A stretch of 64,000 nt of DNA, from the IMG/VR virus record IMGVR_UViG_3300008117_000046. One strand, written 5' to 3'. Position numbers and translations under genes: made by a program. Under the pieces are notes generated by a model, which saw only the letters and a program-made list of their open reading frames with translations, searched no databases and was not told the DNA's origin. Positions 41,701 through 51,422 of the stretch are shown piece by piece (positions within the stretch are counted from its first letter, which is position 1; each line of letters begins with the position of its first letter). This DNA comes from an uncultured virus (IMG/VR IMGVR_UViG_3300008117_000046). Taxonomy: Duplodnaviria; Heunggongvirae; Uroviricota; Caudoviricetes.

Positions 41701-44700
41701 ATATAGACCTCGATACCCATGTTTTCATAGTAGTAACGATAAGACCATAGATGGTATTTTCTATTACGAGGAGCCCAATTATTACAACTAATCATCTTCA
41801 TCGAAATAATCGTCCTTATCTAGAGCGCTATATAATCTAGAGTAGAACGAACGGACGTAGAACCTGCTTATTAAATAAAACCTAGGTACTAAGCCGGTTG
41901 TTCTAACGGAAGGCTCAATAAGCATAGAGGCTCTAAGCTTATTGTGTAGAGTCAACTCATCACATATAATAGTCTTCATAAAAACATACTCCTACCCAGT
42001 CTGAAGTAAAACAAAGATGTCGAAGCAGACACCCCCACCCAAAAAATACTGTAATGCGTAGCGAGGTTGAAATAATTATGATTATAATACTTTCTTACAT
42101 TTATATCAGTGGAAGGCTCTCTACTAGATATAGATACCCTAAGTTTGTTATTAAGCATAGGCCAATAACTAATCATCTTCATCGAAATAATTATCCTCAT
42201 ATAGAATGTCGTATATCGTAGCTTTTAGTCTATAGTAAAACCCGCCGGTAGATAATAACTTTAGCTTATTCTTGGGAGTCCAGTCGTAAAACAAAGCAAG
42301 TTTGAAAACGTTACAATTAATCATCTTTATAGAATATATACTTATTTACTATGTCACATACCAGTCTATAATAAAATCGGTCGACAGCATAAAACCTTAA
42401 TTCAGGAGTATAGGTATCGATATCCATACGCTCACAATAATAAAAGAAGTAATTAAGCTTGTTATAACTAATTGCCCTCATTGAGGTAACCGCCCCCCAT
42501 AAAGGCCATATAACCCAAATCCTCCCAGCCTATAATAAAACCAGGCGAGTCTCCCAGGACTACAAGCAAAATACAATTTACCTAATAATCCTTGTAGGTC
42601 AACAGACGGATCAGTAATAGGTATAGGTATATTCAAGTTATTACGTGGGGCCCAATTGTTACAATTAATCATCTTCATTAAAGTAATTGTCCTCATATAG
42701 AATGCTATACAACACTACTCCCGCTAGTCTATGGTAAAACCTGGCAGGCCCCCCAGCGTTATAAGTATGAAAGTTATAGTTATAGAAACTGTAGTATAAA
42801 CTATCACTGTCTACTAAAATCGACGGGTCAGTGATATATGTATTTAGTTTACTACGTGAAGGCCAACCATTAATCATCTTCATCGAAATATAACAATCTA
42901 TGGTAAAATCAAACAGTCCCTCCTCTAGAATCATCAAGATAGAAGTTATAGAATAACTTATTATCTGCTATCAGAGGGTTAGTAATGGGTACAGGTGCAT
43001 TCCATGCATACGAAACCCATTCAATATCACGCGGAGCCCAACCGTTAGAATTAATTATCTTCATAGAAATAATGATAGGTTACGGTAAACGCAAGCGACT
43101 CCTCCGGCACTATAAGTGTGAAATTTATAGTATAAATAATTACGGTTTGCTATCAACGGGTTGGTAATAGGTACAGGTATATCCCGTATATGCGCAGCCC
43201 TTCTATTACGAGAGGCCCAATTGTTACAATTAATCATCTTCATCGAAATAATCATCCTCATTCAAAGGTAACACTACTGCTCCTGCCAGTCTATAATAAA
43301 ACATAGTGAGCCCCCAATAAACTCTAATAGGCATAGATATATTCAACTTATGACGTGGGACCCATTTGTTACTACCAACTATCTTCATAGAAATCGTCCT
43401 TAGCGAACAGTGTCAGTCTATAATAAAATAACATGATAGAAGTTTTGTAGTGGTAACGATAAAAGCTATAGTATAAACTATCACTGTTTGCTAAAACCGA
43501 CGGGTCAGCAGCAAGTATATTCAACTCATTACGTAAAGGCCAATTGTTAATAATCTTCATCGAAATATAACAATCTATAGTAAAACCAAGCAGGCCCTCC
43601 ACCATGATAAAGATAGAAGTTATAGAATAACTTATTATTATCTGCTACTGGAGGAACAATAATAGGTACAGGTGCATTCCATTCATACGGAGCCCATTTA
43701 ATAGTACGCGGAGCCCAATCATTACAATCAATCATCTTCATAGAAATAATCCCCCTCCCCTAGAAAGTCATATAACAAACATGCTAGTTTATAATAAAAC
43801 AAGTCGATAGGAACATGTAACTTGTCTAATTCAGGGATATAGGCCCCGAGACCCATGCTTTCATAGTAGTAACGATAGAACCATAGATAGTATAGATTAT
43901 CACCATTTGGTAAAATCGGTGGGTCAGTAATAGGTATCGGTATACTCAACTTATTACGTGCAGTCCAACAATCGTTATTACTATGAGGCGCCCAATTGTT
44001 ACAATTAATCATCTTCATAGAAGTAATAATAGGTTGTAGTTATCTTCATCTAGAAAGCTATACAACACTACTCCTACTAGTCTATTGTAAAATTTGGCGG
44101 GCCCTCCATCATGATAAAAATAGAAGTTATAGAATAACTTATTATCTGCTATTGGAGGGACAGCAGTAGGTACATATGCCCCCCATCCAGACGGAGCCCA
44201 TTTAATATTACGCAGAGCCCAATTATTACAATTAATCTTCTTCATAAAAATAATGATAGGTTATATTACGGTAAACGCAAGCGACTCCTCCGGCACTATA
44301 AGTGTGAAAGTTATAGTATAAATAATTATGGTTTACTATTAACGGGTTAGTAATAGGTATGGGTGCGGCCTCTTCATACGGAACCGGCTTATTACGAGGA
44401 GCCCAATCGTTACAATTAATCTTCTTCATAGAAGTAATATTCTGCCCCTGTCAGTATATAATAAAACATATCAAGCCCCCCAGTATCATTATAAACATAA
44501 AAACTATCGTATAAATTATCAATGCTCATTAGAGGCGGATTAGTGGTAGGTATGTATGGAGTCCACGCATAACGAGGAGCCCAATTGTTAGAATTAATCT
44601 TCTTCATCGAAATAAGTGTCCTCATATAGAATGTTGTATAGCACACTGAAATAACCACCCTCATTTAGAATGTTATATAACATATATGACAGTCTATGAT

Positions 44701-46120
44701 AAAACCAGACGAGTCTCTCAGGATTATAAGCAAAAAAGCATAATCCCTGTAGGCCAACAGGCGGGTTAGTAATAGGTATAAGTATACTCGACTGATTACG
44801 TGGGGCCCAATTGTTAGAATTAATCTTCTTCATCGAAATAATTGTCCTTATATAGAATATATAATACTATTCCCGACAGTCTATAGTAAAATATAGCAAG
44901 TCCTCTAGAATTATAAAGATAGAAGCTATAGTATAAATTATTGATATTTGCTACTGGCGGGGCAGTGATAGGTATAGGTGCAATCCATTCACTACACGGG
45001 GCCCAGCAATTTGGATTAATTGTTTTCATAGAGATAGTTATCCTCAGCTAAAATATCAATATCCTGTCTGTAGTAAAACGCCTTGAAATAAAAGAAGTTG
45101 ATAGAGACATATAACTTGTGTAATTCAAGGGTATAGGCCCCATATATACTTATCTGCCATGTGTATACACAGTCTATAGTAAAATCGGTCGACAGCATAA
45201 AACCTTAATTCAGGAGTATAGGTATCGAGACCCTCAACAAAATAAAAAAAGTAATTAAGCCTGTTACATCTAATCGCTCTCATTGAAGTAATCACCCCCC
45301 AAGCTTAAGGTCTCATTCAGAAAGTGATATATCACAAATTCTCCCAGTCTATAATAAAACCAGGCGAGTCTTCCAGGACTATAAGCAAAATACAATTTGC
45401 CTAATAACCCCTGTAGGTCAATAGGCGGGTCAGTAATAGGTATAGGTATATTCAAGTGATTACGTGGGGCCCAGTCATTACAATTAATTATCTTCATCGA
45501 AATAATCATCCTCACCTAAAATATCAATATACCAGTCTATGTTAAAGAGCGCTGATAAAAACGCAGGTTATAATAAAACAAGTCGATAGAAAAATATAAC
45601 TTGTCTAATTCAAGAGTATAGGCCCCAATTATAATTTCATAGAACCATGTATAATATAAATTATCGCCGTTTGCTAGAATCGCTGGGTCAGTAATGGATT
45701 TAGATATAGACATATGTGGACCCCAATTACTACTAAGCCAACCATTACAATTAATAATCTTCATAGAGATAATCATCCTCATCTAATGATAGTTTACGGT
45801 AAAACCAAGCAAGCCCTTGATTATTATAAGTATGAAACTTATAGTATAAATTATGACCACTTGTTATCAGAGGATCAGTAATAGGTACAAGTTCACCCCA
45901 ATATGGAGCCCATCTAGTATTACGAGGAGCCCAATCATTAGAATTAATAATCTTCATCGAAATAGTCCCCCTCATCTAGAATGTTATATAATACATTTCC
46001 TGCCAGTCTATAGTAAAACTTGGCGGGCCCCCCAGCATTAACGTAGTAGTAGACCCATTCGCGATACGGCGCCCATTTCTCATTATGGGGCGCCCAACAG
46101 TTTGTATTAATCTCTTTCAT
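38759..46120 (-). repeat. Tandem array of about 35 paralogous mini-ORFs (about 200-bp units) joined by a conserved junction repeat
   Basis: Recurrent + strand motif aatcatcttcatcgaaataatc near 39340, 39520, 40020, 40155, 40480, 41595, 41790, 42170, 42670, 42870, 43230, 43550, 43730, 44010, 44235, 44420, 44600, 44820, 45485, 45750, 45945 and others. Units encode MKxI(N)..W..(R/H)N..P..(F/Y)YxRL..DEDDYFDEDD. Confidence 0.9.
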
Positions 46121-46523
46121 CAAATGCCTCCTTTTTTACTGGACGTAAAACCGACTTTTTCTTATAAGCAACCACCATTAAATACACCTCTAACAAAGCC
46201 TCAATAAGAGACTCCTGCCGAGAACCAAAACAGCGTGAAGTCTTGGAAGGATCAGGATTCACGCTGACCTGCACAGTATAACTATTAGGTAATCGTTGGA
46301 TGACCCAACCATAGCCAAAGCTATCTAGACGCATTTGGAAAAAATAGATCAACTTAGCAAGCGACCCCCGATCTAACAAAAAGGGATCAGGATCAGAGGT
46401 AGAGATAGAAATCCAATCACCCCAAGATAGTTGGATAAAAAAGGTATTCCGAAAAGTACCCACTCCATACCCACAAATGTGAGGCTCAGACTTGACCCAA
46501 TCGTGCAAAAATTCAGTAAGCAT
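46107..46523 (-). CDS. Hypothetical protein leading the mini-gene array
   Basis: 138 aa, SD GGAGG; its end (FDERD*) overlaps the first array ORF (MKEINTNCWAP, ATG at 46120). Confidence 0.65.
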   Translation of the reverse strand: MLTEFLHDWVKSEPHICGYGVGTFRNTFFIQLSWGDWISISTSDPDPFLLDRGSLAKLIYFFQMRLDSFGYGWVIQRLPNSYTVQVSVNPDPSKTSRCFGSRQESLIEALLEVYLMVVAYKKKSVLRPVKKEAFDERD

Positions 46524-46560
46524 TTATACCCTCCGTATAGATGACAATATGTTGTACCAC

Positions 46561-46595
46561 ATACTGTTATTTCAGTTGTCCTGAAATAACAGTAT
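46561..46595. other. Perfect 15-bp inverted repeat
   Basis: atactgttatttcag-ttgtc-ctgaaataacagtat. Confidence 0.8.
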
Positions 46596-46677
46596 AACTA
46601 ATTATTCTTATCATCAATAAGAATAGACTAACTAGCAAAAGAATACTCGTTAAGATACTTTATGTCTAATTAATTAA

Positions 46678-47004
46678 TTAAAATTGTTGAATAATAACGC
46701 CCCCCTCAAATTTAATTACTGTTGTTCTGTCTTCTAGATAAGTAATAGCAGATGACTCTACATCATTCTCATCCTCATCATCTTCTGGTATAAAGCCATA
46801 ATGTTCGGCCGCTTCTAGTGCGCTAGAGTATTCTGAATATTCACACTGCATAGCGACTCTATCAAATTCGATAGATTTATCAAGGTCATCCTCTAAATCT
46901 TCTAGATACCCAACTAAAGCCTCAGCGCCCGACCATGACCAATCAGCATTACCATCTTCTTTGAGTAGCTTGATTGCCTTATCGGTGCTTATATTTTGGT
47001 GCAT
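46678..47004 (-). CDS. Hypothetical acidic phage protein
   Basis: EFDRVAMQCEYSEY motif; 108 aa. Confidence 0.65.
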   Translation of the reverse strand: MHQNISTDKAIKLLKEDGNADWSWSGAEALVGYLEDLEDDLDKSIEFDRVAMQCEYSEYSSALEAAEHYGFIPEDDEDENDVESSAITYLEDRTTVIKFEGGVIIQQF

Positions 47005-47055
47005 TTTATTTTTCTCTTAAATTAACAATAGCGAATAACCAAAGTATATCTACTG

Positions 47056-47090
47056 AAAAATAGCCCCCCTGCACTTTGGCAGGGGGGCTA
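47056..47090 (-). terminator. Intrinsic terminator
   Basis: Hairpin tagcccccctgc-actttg-gcaggggggcta next to A5 (U tract on the - strand). Confidence 0.8.
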
Positions 47091-47125
47091 CTAATAATAG
47101 ATGAAAGGTTTTACCTCACAGTAGT

Positions 47126-47410
47126 TCACCCATTGTTATCAAATAGGTTTCTATAGGCCTGGTATACGGCATCAGGTGCCTCCTCGTCATTGTATTGTTG
47201 AGCCAACTTGTATATAGATAAGAAGCTCAATAGATTAGGGCGGTAGTTAGGGATAATACAATAACCACCCTTAATCCATTTAACACACGCGAGACGGCGA
47301 GTACCATAAAACCAGCAGAAGATCTCGTCGCCAAGAGTCGTACGAGATTGATATGGTTCGCGAAAGTCAGATATACGCCCCCGCAAGTATCTAAGTAAAT
47401 CGAACATCAT
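47126..47410 (-). CDS. Hypothetical protein
   Basis: 94-aa ORF with ATGA overlap with the helicase stop. Confidence 0.55.
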   Translation of the reverse strand: MMFDLLRYLRGRISDFREPYQSRTTLGDEIFCWFYGTRRLACVKWIKGGYCIIPNYRPNLLSFLSIYKLAQQYNDEEAPDAVYQAYRNLFDNNG

Positions 47411-48585
47411 AATTTAGTACCTAACTGATTATAGAATTTAAGGATAGAAGGCTCTATATAGCAACTATCACAGAAGGTAGATCGTGTACCTATCAGGCGG
47501 AGGCCGCTATAATGACGTACACGACTAAGAATAGTATAGAGGCCCCCGCTGAGCCAACGTAAATTACTGAGACGAGCCTGTACGTTATTAAGCGTAAGCC
47601 CCTGACTACGATGAACAGTGAGGGCGTAGCCCAGTCTAACGGGTAAGTAGTGGCAGCGGCCCAGTAGCTTGTTAGTGCCGAGCTCTTTATTATCTCGTGT
47701 TACGTATTCAATGATAGTCTCCTGACCGGTACGTTCTACTGTCACCAGTATAGTGTTAGTCATGAGCTCCTTGACTATAGCGATATCGCCATTAGCATAC
47801 GCAGGTAGTCTGTTACGAAGTAGAATAACGCGCGCGCCCTTCCTCAGCTCTACTGATTCGGGTATTTGGCTCCACTCAGGAGCGGCCCTACACCCCTTCG
47901 GTATAACGTAGTTCTTAGTGTAGAGGCGACTAGGCCCTTCTAGTTGTGCTAAGTGCACGGCGTTATATCTATCTACACTATCATTAGTAGTCAGGATAGT
48001 AGTGCCCGCGTAGTTATCATCGATCTGATTGACAAACTCTACATTATCCATGAACCAATCTACTGCTTCCTGAGGCCGCCCTTCTCTTACGCTAGTCAGT
48101 GCCTGTATAAAGCCGGGGTCACTCTGGCGCCTGACCTCTCGTAAGTACTGTATATCGAAGCTCTGCAGGCAGTCTGTTTGATAGACTGGCGTGCTAGTGA
48201 CCTTCTTATCTGGTACTAGTGGTAACTGACAGAAGTCCCCCACGAGTAGGAGATTCATATTTATGTTACTCTTCTCCATTACGTGATGGATAATAGTTAG
48301 TTGCGGGCCATGTAACATACTGATCTCGTCTATGACTAGGGTATCGAAAAGATTAGATATAGCCCGTAGCTTAGTGGCCAGCGCTCCACTGGAAGCAGCG
48401 CGTAATAGGCTAGTAGTGTCGAAAAACTGGAGGGCCGCGTGAACAGTAGTACCGCCTGCATTAATAGCGCTCACGCCGGTACTACTAGTGATGAGGGCCT
48501 TACTCAAACTCTGTATGTATGTTGTTTTACCACTCCCTGCTGGACCCAGCAGCATCTGATAGGGGCCGTTGAACGTTATCTGCAT
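47407..48585 (-). CDS. Pif1/RecD-like SF1B helicase
   Basis: GPAGSGKT, STGVSA, DEISM, GDFCQLP, RRQSD and YALTVHRSQGLTL. Confidence 0.9.
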   Translation of the reverse strand: MQITFNGPYQMLLGPAGSGKTTYIQSLSKALITSSTGVSAINAGGTTVHAALQFFDTTSLLRAASSGALATKLRAISNLFDTLVIDEISMLHGPQLTIIHHVMEKSNINMNLLLVGDFCQLPLVPDKKVTSTPVYQTDCLQSFDIQYLREVRRQSDPGFIQALTSVREGRPQEAVDWFMDNVEFVNQIDDNYAGTTILTTNDSVDRYNAVHLAQLEGPSRLYTKNYVIPKGCRAAPEWSQIPESVELRKGARVILLRNRLPAYANGDIAIVKELMTNTILVTVERTGQETIIEYVTRDNKELGTNKLLGRCHYLPVRLGYALTVHRSQGLTLNNVQARLSNLRWLSGGLYTILSRVRHYSGLRLIGTRSTFCDSCYIEPSILKFYNQLGTKL

Positions 48586-48982
48586 CTAATCTCCGTATAG
48601 TCCTAATTGTTTTACTCCATCGGTCCATCTCGCATTCGAGATAGGTAATCAACTCGGCCCGCGCGGATTTCAAATGCTTATGACTATGAGGAGTACTAAC
48701 ATCACACCGCTCAATAACTGATAGGTGTCCCTTCTGTCTTACTAGATAGTTACCATAACCTGTTACACTGGCGGGCCTAATAGCGCGGGCTACGCGGATA
48801 CTAGCCTTATAATCTGCGCGCCCCTTCTTCAGGTAATTAAGTAATCTACTCTGCTGCGTCATAAAACTTAGACTAGACTGCCTATCATGCGCCACGGCCG
48901 CGAGATAATCAGTCACACCTATATAAGAATCGGGGCCCTTATATATAACGTAGTACCACGGTCTATTATCTAGAATTGACAT
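48527..48982 (-). CDS. Hypothetical protein
   Basis: 151-aa ORF overlapping its neighbours. Confidence 0.55.
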   Translation of the reverse strand: MSILDNRPWYYVIYKGPDSYIGVTDYLAAVAHDRQSSLSFMTQQSRLLNYLKKGRADYKASIRVARAIRPASVTGYGNYLVRQKGHLSVIERCDVSTPHSHKHLKSARAELITYLECEMDRWSKTIRTIRRLDADNVQRPLSDAAGSSREW

Positions 48983-49553
48983 AAATCTTAAGCAATCTCT
49001 CTAGTGCCCTCTTCAAGTCTGATACTCTGCGGTAGTCATTAACTATGTCTATATAATGAACGCCCGCCCCATTAAGGCGAGCCAGACGGTCTTTAATAGC
49101 CTGATAGTTAACATCACTACTCAGTACCTGCTCAGACGAGCGGCTTATATTGATTACTATACAACATCTATTAATCAATGTAGATAGCATACTCTCTATT
49201 ACCTCTACCTCCTCCAGGTTGCGTAGGGACAATAGAACAGTAGGTATACCCTCGCTGATATGGTGCTGTATCTCAGTCCGCATCATACGACTAGAGAAGT
49301 AGGGGTCATTCTCTCTCATGAAGTGATAGAGATTAACCATGAACTGATTCATGGTTATATTCATACCATTGGGCGTATACTCTTTGTATACTGTTGTATC
49401 GAGGGCCCCCTCTGGCAATCCATAGTATTTCTCTGTGAAGCGCTTCCATGGAGCTATAGGATGAATCTCCTCTACCCCCAGTAACTTAGATAAACATTTA
49501 GAGGCTTCAGTCTTACCTGAACCACTTAGACCATGAATAATAATAAAGAACAT
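48966..49553 (-). CDS. P-loop nucleotide (dNMP) kinase-like protein
   Basis: N-terminal IIHGLSGSGKT, APWK and LRNLEE. Confidence 0.7.
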   Translation of the reverse strand: MFFIIIHGLSGSGKTEASKCLSKLLGVEEIHPIAPWKRFTEKYYGLPEGALDTTVYKEYTPNGMNITMNQFMVNLYHFMRENDPYFSSRMMRTEIQHHISEGIPTVLLSLRNLEEVEVIESMLSTLINRCCIVINISRSSEQVLSSDVNYQAIKDRLARLNGAGVHYIDIVNDYRRVSDLKRALERLLKIYVNSR

Positions 49554-49570
49554 AAGTAGTCATGCAAGGA

Positions 49571-49599
49571 TTGACAATTTTAGAAGTCTCTGATAAAAT
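49571..49599 (+). promoter_or_regulatory. Sigma70-type promoter for the tRNA-like RNA
   Basis: TTGACA, 17-nt spacer, TAAAAT, with extended -10 TG. Confidence 0.8.
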
Positions 49600-49605
49600 T
49601 GAAAT

Positions 49606-49803
49606 GCTAGAGTAGCTTGGTAGCTAAAGGCTGAAACGGAGCCTTCAACCGAAAAGGGACTTAATACAAAAAATACCTTTGTTTTTTGTTTCAAAACTGA
49701 AATTTGCGAATCCACCGAACTTGGCAAAGATTGAGTGAGGGAAGGGCGTTTCGTCAGGAGTAGATTTAATTAAGTTTTGCGGGTTCAATTCCCGTCTCTA
49801 GTA
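49606..49803 (+). ncRNA. tRNA-like RNA with an expanded variable region of about 130 nt
   Basis: Acceptor GCTAGAG/CTCTAGT plus A; mini D arm GCT-TGGT-AGC; stem-loop AAGGCT-GAAACGG-AGCCTT; T arm GCGGG-TTCAATT-CCCGT. Confidence 0.65.
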
Positions 49804-49844
49804 CCTATTAAATTATGCCACCAGTCACGAGTTAATAAATTCAT

Positions 49845-50117
49845 TTAATACTCATTGAGTCGCATTTTTAGATTCTTCAGTTTTTCAAGTTTTCTTTCAG
49901 TTTGTTTAATTGCTTTAAGTCTCTTTTCTTCAAAGACTTTTTGAGCTTCTGTTTCCGTTAGCACATACTCTTTTGAGGTAAATCCGTCTAGCATTAACAT
50001 ATTAAATTTACGGGGATTATCCGGGGAAAATACCCCATGGCAGATTTTTCCATTGCACTTTATAATGCCACTTGTCAAAGCGTATTTTGTGACATAAACT
50101 GTAATTGTTTCGTCCAT
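49845..50117 (-). CDS. Hypothetical phage protein
   Basis: VYVTKYALTSGI motif; SD AGGAG. Confidence 0.7.
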   Translation of the reverse strand: MDETITVYVTKYALTSGIIKCNGKICHGVFSPDNPRKFNMLMLDGFTSKEYVLTETEAQKVFEEKRLKAIKQTERKLEKLKNLKMRLNEY

Positions 50118-50146
50118 TGATTTACTCCTATGGTTATTATTTTTAG

Positions 50147-50228
50147 TGGGTTAGGCTGGGTTTGCACCAGCGTGGAATTACTCTACAGATTTACAGTCTG
50201 TCGCCTTCGACTACTCGGCCACTAACCC
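50147..50228 (-). tRNA. tRNA-Tyr(GTA)
   Basis: Acceptor GGGTTAG/CTAACCC, anticodon arm ACAGA-CTGTAAA-TCTGT, long variable arm, T arm GCTGG-TGCAAAC-CCAGC; CCA not encoded. Confidence 0.9.
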
Positions 50229-50240
50229 TTGTTTAGATTT

Positions 50241-50269
50241 ATCTTACCATAATTCTTAATGCCTGTCAA
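50241..50269 (-). promoter_or_regulatory. Sigma70-type promoter for tRNA-Tyr
   Basis: TTGACA, 17-nt spacer, TAAGAT on the - strand. Confidence 0.75.
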
Positions 50270-50731
50270 TCATGGTTTTTGATTTTCTTGATTCTTTTGA
50301 GATTCTTGCAAATTGAGAAGTTGAAGCACAGCTTCATCTGCGTCTTTACGCGCCATACTACAAGTCCATAGTCTTTGTTCATTGCGCTTAATAATGATAA
50401 TTTCTGTATCAGAAACTGAACAAACTAAATCATTTTTCTGTTTTATTAGTTGATTAAGAGATTCTATTCGTTGCTTTTGTTCTAATTCAGAAACGGGTTG
50501 AGGTTTTTCTCCGTACTCTTGTGTAGAGAAAACAATAGCTAACATAAAACTTTTTGTTTCTTTAAACTGAAACCGAATAATCTGCCAACTAAATTCACCA
50601 TCAGGTTCTAATTCTCGATTCCAAATATTTAGAAAGGTCTGTAAATAACCTTCTAATCCTTTTTGAGTTTGACGGTTTTTATTAATATCACTGACTAAAA
50701 ATCCCGTATCTAACAGAATATTTGACTTCAT
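50270..50731 (-). CDS. Protein resembling the C-terminal domain of cyanobacterial N6-MTase/type IIG R-M enzymes
   Basis: IIIIKRNEQRLWTCSMARKDA motif; no catalytic MTase motifs. Confidence 0.45.
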   Translation of the reverse strand: MKSNILLDTGFLVSDINKNRQTQKGLEGYLQTFLNIWNRELEPDGEFSWQIIRFQFKETKSFMLAIVFSTQEYGEKPQPVSELEQKQRIESLNQLIKQKNDLVCSVSDTEIIIIKRNEQRLWTCSMARKDADEAVLQLLNLQESQKNQENQKP

Positions 50732-50973
50732 TTGCTGCCAATACCTCGAAGATAGTCTTTATTAGTGGCTAAGTCCCCCGGTCCGCCATCGACACAACCA
50801 ATATATTCTTTGGCTGCTTCATAGAATGAAATCGTTTTTTCTTCAGTGAGTTCTTTCTTCTCTGCCTTAAATTGCAAGAATTTAATAAAGTCGATTACTT
50901 CTTGCTGTTGTTGGGGAGTGAGGGCGTTTAGTTTTTCTAAGATGGTTTGTGAGTGAGTGGTTGCTGATATCAT
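50728..50973 (-). CDS. DUF2281-like putative antitoxin
   Basis: ILEKLNALTPQQQQEVIDFIKFL and C-terminal GPGDLATNKDYLRG. Confidence 0.65.
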   Translation of the reverse strand: MISATTHSQTILEKLNALTPQQQQEVIDFIKFLQFKAEKKELTEEKTISFYEAAKEYIGCVDGGPGDLATNKDYLRGIGSK

Positions 50974-51104
50974 GGGTTAATTCTCTTGGGGGTTCTTCTG
51001 ACTGACTGTCTTGAATAGAGTAAGAGTAAGAATATCAAGGATTTAACAGTTCTACATAAAACATATTGTGACTCCGATTAATTTTACATATAAAGTTTTA
51101 ATGT

Positions 51105-51410
51105 TTATTCATTGCCAAGATACCATTGCTTATCACTAAGAAACCAGAAAAACATTCCTTTGCAAGAATTAGTACAGTCTTTCTCAGATATTAATTCTTG
51201 CCATAAACGAAAACATTCAAAAAATTGCTCCCATCCATAAGGAACATCTTCTTTAAGATTAGTCCAAATAATAGATAGATACCTTTCGATAAGATTGCGT
51301 ATTGTTAAGATTAAAGAGTGTGGTTTTATTCCCATCTCTTTTAGTTCTGCTTTGGTTAATTTCTTTCTTAGAAATTGATCGATCTTTTTATCTAGTTGCG
51401 TTTGATTCAT
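51105..51410 (-). CDS. Hypothetical protein
   Basis: 101-aa ORF starting 12 nt downstream of a CRISPR-like repeat. Confidence 0.55.
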   Translation of the reverse strand: MNQTQLDKKIDQFLRKKLTKAELKEMGIKPHSLILTIRNLIERYLSIIWTNLKEDVPYGWEQFFECFRLWQELISEKDCTNSCKGMFFWFLSDKQWYLGNE

Positions 51411-51422
51411 TGTTTAGTATCA

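Noticed and set aside
46068..46095. Hairpin ggcgcccat...atggggcgcc as a terminator
   Set aside because: It is the two WAP-coding segments of the first array ORF and has no U tract.
38759..46120. The array as a CRISPR array
   Set aside because: Units are about 200 bp, the intervening sequences are homologous to one another and code for proteins, and the repeat is degenerate and contains SD/start/stop.
38759..46120. The array as a diversity-generating retroelement
   Set aside because: No reverse transcriptase in the window, and differences between near-duplicate units are not confined to adenines.
49606..49803. tmRNA or intron-containing tRNA
   Set aside because: Too short, no G3:U70 pair, no evident tag frame or group I core; kept as an unclassified tRNA-like RNA.
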